A DNA stretch of 53,556 bases, filler included, from Sluysia triapertura (Eukaryota), in NCBI GenBank assembly GCA_046118255.1. It is 4 parts of 4 records of this genome, joined end to end, with 100 filler letters (N's around TTAATTAATTAA, not from the genome) between each part and the next. Parts side by side here need not be neighbours in the genome. Positions count along the whole stretch, not along the records: positions 41,516 to 53,556 come from JBJNIA010145388.1; 3 more parts are not named here. The stretch is one strand, 5' to 3'. Shown one piece after another: positions 50,836 to 53,556 of this stretch. The notes below the pieces were generated by a model. The model searched no databases and was not told the origin of the DNA. It worked only from the letters and a program-made list of their open reading frames with translations. Position numbers and translations under genes: made by a program. The number at the start of each line of letters is the position of its first letter. The first letter of the stretch is position 1.

Positions 50836-53235
50836 GTTGTAGAATTTTATATTAGTTCTTAAATAATGTAAATTTAAAATATTGAACTATTGTTTATTTT
50901 CCCTTTGAAGTTCTTACCATGAGTTTAGCAAGGGGACTATCTTTTGAATAGACACTAGATACAGGTTTAACTTCATCGCATAGACGCTGTTTTTTACTTG
51001 TTGGTAATATATATTTACCTACCTTGCGTATTATAATTTTGTTTCCTTTCCGATTTTAAGTGTTGAAAAAACGTACTGATTACAATACTGGATATTACTT
51101 TTATTTTCAAATTGTTTAAAATTTCTATATAATTGATGGCGGGAAATTAACCTGGACTTTACATCTAAAGTAAATTTTTGTTTTAATATAATTTTAATTT
51201 CATTGTTTTATTTCTGTACAAATTAATATTAAATAATTAAAATATAGCTTTTACAAAAATATTGTTAATAATTAAAAGGTAGTGAATGTATTTACATATT
51301 TAAAATTTTTATTTAATATGATATTTTGTTCAATTTTTTAGTGTTTTATGCTAAAAATTACTACCTCACAAAATAAAATTTGGAAGGGTTCGCCTATAGT
51401 TGGGCACTGCTACGTGATTTTGAAACTTATAAATTTGCTAACTTTGAAATTGATGTGGTCACTGGTCATGTCAAGTGCAAAATAATTAATTTAATCCGTA
51501 GTAGTTACGAAATGGTTATGAATGTATACTTTTGTGTCGAATTATTAACAAATTCCTGTTATAATGAATTACTAATAACAAAATTAAATGACTACGAAGG
51601 TGTGTTTATATTATAAATAACTTTGAATTAATTAAATTCTGTATTTATAAACTGAATACAAAAATGAAATGAATTCAATGAAATTGACAAATACTTCCAA
51701 TATACTTTGTAAGAACATAGACAATAAAATAACAATAATTAATCAAATATTAAGTCAATAAAATTTAATCTTAAAAATTTAATTATTTTACTTTCATTTG
51801 GAGGCAATATATTAAATCGCTTAAAAATGCACGTTTTTAGTTAGATTGTATGCTTAACGTAAATAGGCGAAAATTACAAATATAAACTAATGAAACAATA
51901 TTATCGGTAGGGAAATAGATTTTCATAAAACTAATTGCCTATATTCGATAAAATGGAAAAATATTTGTGTCGCTATTATTGCTATTGCTACTTTTTCCAA
52001 ATAATATTTTAAATTCAACTAGCCCGTCGTCGAACTAAACTTTTTAAATAATTCTGTTACTATGAAGTCGAATAGAGGAGGCACTCGTATATCAAGTAAA
52101 TACCCTCACAAAGGACTAAGTGATGCCGAGATTTGTTTTAACCGCTTTATTGTTCATCTTCAATACAATAATCCTTTTATTTTCATATTTCATCATATAG
52201 ATGTAATTTTTTATCACAAGTTTAACATTTTAAATGATTTTAAAGTTAAAAGGATGGACAAAATTAATAGTTACAACGCAAACGCAGGTATTCGTCGAGG
52301 CCGGTATAAGATATTAAATAATTTTAAAATCAATTATAATTACGTTATTGTTTTCCTTCTGTATGATTTTTTTTATCTTGTCTAAGCCTTATTGTATGAC
52401 TTATATTCAAAAATTTGGGAAGAGTGCATGCAATGAACTGATATTCGATAGACCCATGATTTATAACGAATGTAAATCGTATCATTATGGTTAATTTTTT
52501 AAATGTGACACCAATTTTTGTAAACTCCGTCTTATTTGTGTATAATAAAACTTTTTCATGTTACTTTTATTTAAAAGTTTTCCTTCATAAAGAAATTTTC
52601 TAGTGCCTTAAGTACCGATATTGTCATAATTTTAGTCTTTATATAAATAAAATTCCTGGTAATAATATGAGTAACAAAAGAGATAACAATAATTTTAATA
52701 CCGTAAATCATAAAAATAACTCCACAATACAAGTAAAAAATGGTATAATAGGCATAGTACATTCTGTTAATTAACAATTGTTTATATATTAATTGTATTT
52801 GGTATCAAATGTATACTGTTAATGACAATTGCTTATTGTTAATAATAGTGGCAAATAATAATATTTTAATCGATAAACTAGTGATAAATAATAAATAATA
52901 ATTTATTCACTAAAACGATAATTATAATAATTATTATGATAATACATAATAATAATGATAACCGAACGTTATTAATTGACTATTTACAAAATAATTAAAA
53001 ATTTATTAAAATAAATAACTTATTTCCACTATCTATTACTCTATAAGAATGCAGTCCAGTAGTTACACTTAATAGCAAATTACCTGAGGGATCGGTCCGC
53101 CTAATATATGCGCTTTATACCACTATTGGAGACATATTCTTGGGATTTTGCAACTAAAATTTATATTAACTTAAAGGTAAATGCAACTTAATAAGTTCGA
53201 TTCAATCTTTTTAGGTTTGAGATTTTACTAAATTA

Positions 53236-53355
53236 CACAACTCTTTTATTAAGGTGTTGTTGAGAAAGGTTGGTTACACAACCCTTTACTAAGGTTGTCT
53301 TGAAAAGAATATTTTATTTTATTTATATTCCACAACCCTTTTATTAAGGTGTTGT
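53236..53355. repeat. Three imperfect hairpin-forming direct repeats CACAAC(C/T)CTTT(T)A(C/T)TAAGGT(G)TTGT
   Basis: Copies at 53236-53260, 53277-53298 and 53331-53355. Confidence 0.8.
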
Positions 53356-53556
53356 TATGAAATAGGGATTTTAAGTAATAACTTAGTAAGTTGCACAATT
53401 CCTTTAACAAACTAGTATTTTAAAATCAAGGTAACGAAATCGAAAATTCAATGCTTTATATTAACTTTAAAAACTATGATGTAGTGTTCAACTCATACAT
53501 AAACTCCTTATACAGTCTATCACAAACATTCACCACATATTACACCAACATATAAT

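Noticed and set aside
53236-53355. CRISPR array
   Set aside because: Only three imperfect units, unequal spacers, no cas genes, and an intron-containing eukaryotic context.

Overview
Very AT-rich animal (probably invertebrate) nuclear DNA, not prokaryotic. The window is not one locus. Three identical artificial spacers (44 N + TTAATTAATTAA + 44 N) join four contigs: 1-12720, 12821-25115, 25216-41415 and 41516-53556. Contig 1 has four internal exons of a PLC-beta4/NorpA-type phospholipase C (+). Contig 2 has no gene I can recognise; it holds transposon debris and an unexplained GC-rich island. Contig 3 has most of a Pumilio gene (-), comprising the N-terminal low-complexity region and PUF repeats 1-6. 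Upstream of it lie an atypical tRNA-Cys-like gene, two tRNA-like fragments and a decayed restriction-like-endonuclease (R2/NeSL/Utopia-type) retrotransposon whose 3' end abuts a tRNA 3' half. Contig 4 has three exons of a tandem-domain HAD phosphatase-like gene (+), with a decayed Gypsy-like element in one intron. The rest is Tc1/mariner, pogo, hAT and L2/CR1-like remnants plus (AAT)n microsatellites. I cannot demonstrate a new biological system. The best leads are the possibly tRNA-targeting retroelement, the tRNA-like gene with a shifted anticodon arm, a 33-nt in-frame intron in Pumilio, the double-HAD protein and the GC island. All family assignments come from recognising motifs by eye, with no database search.
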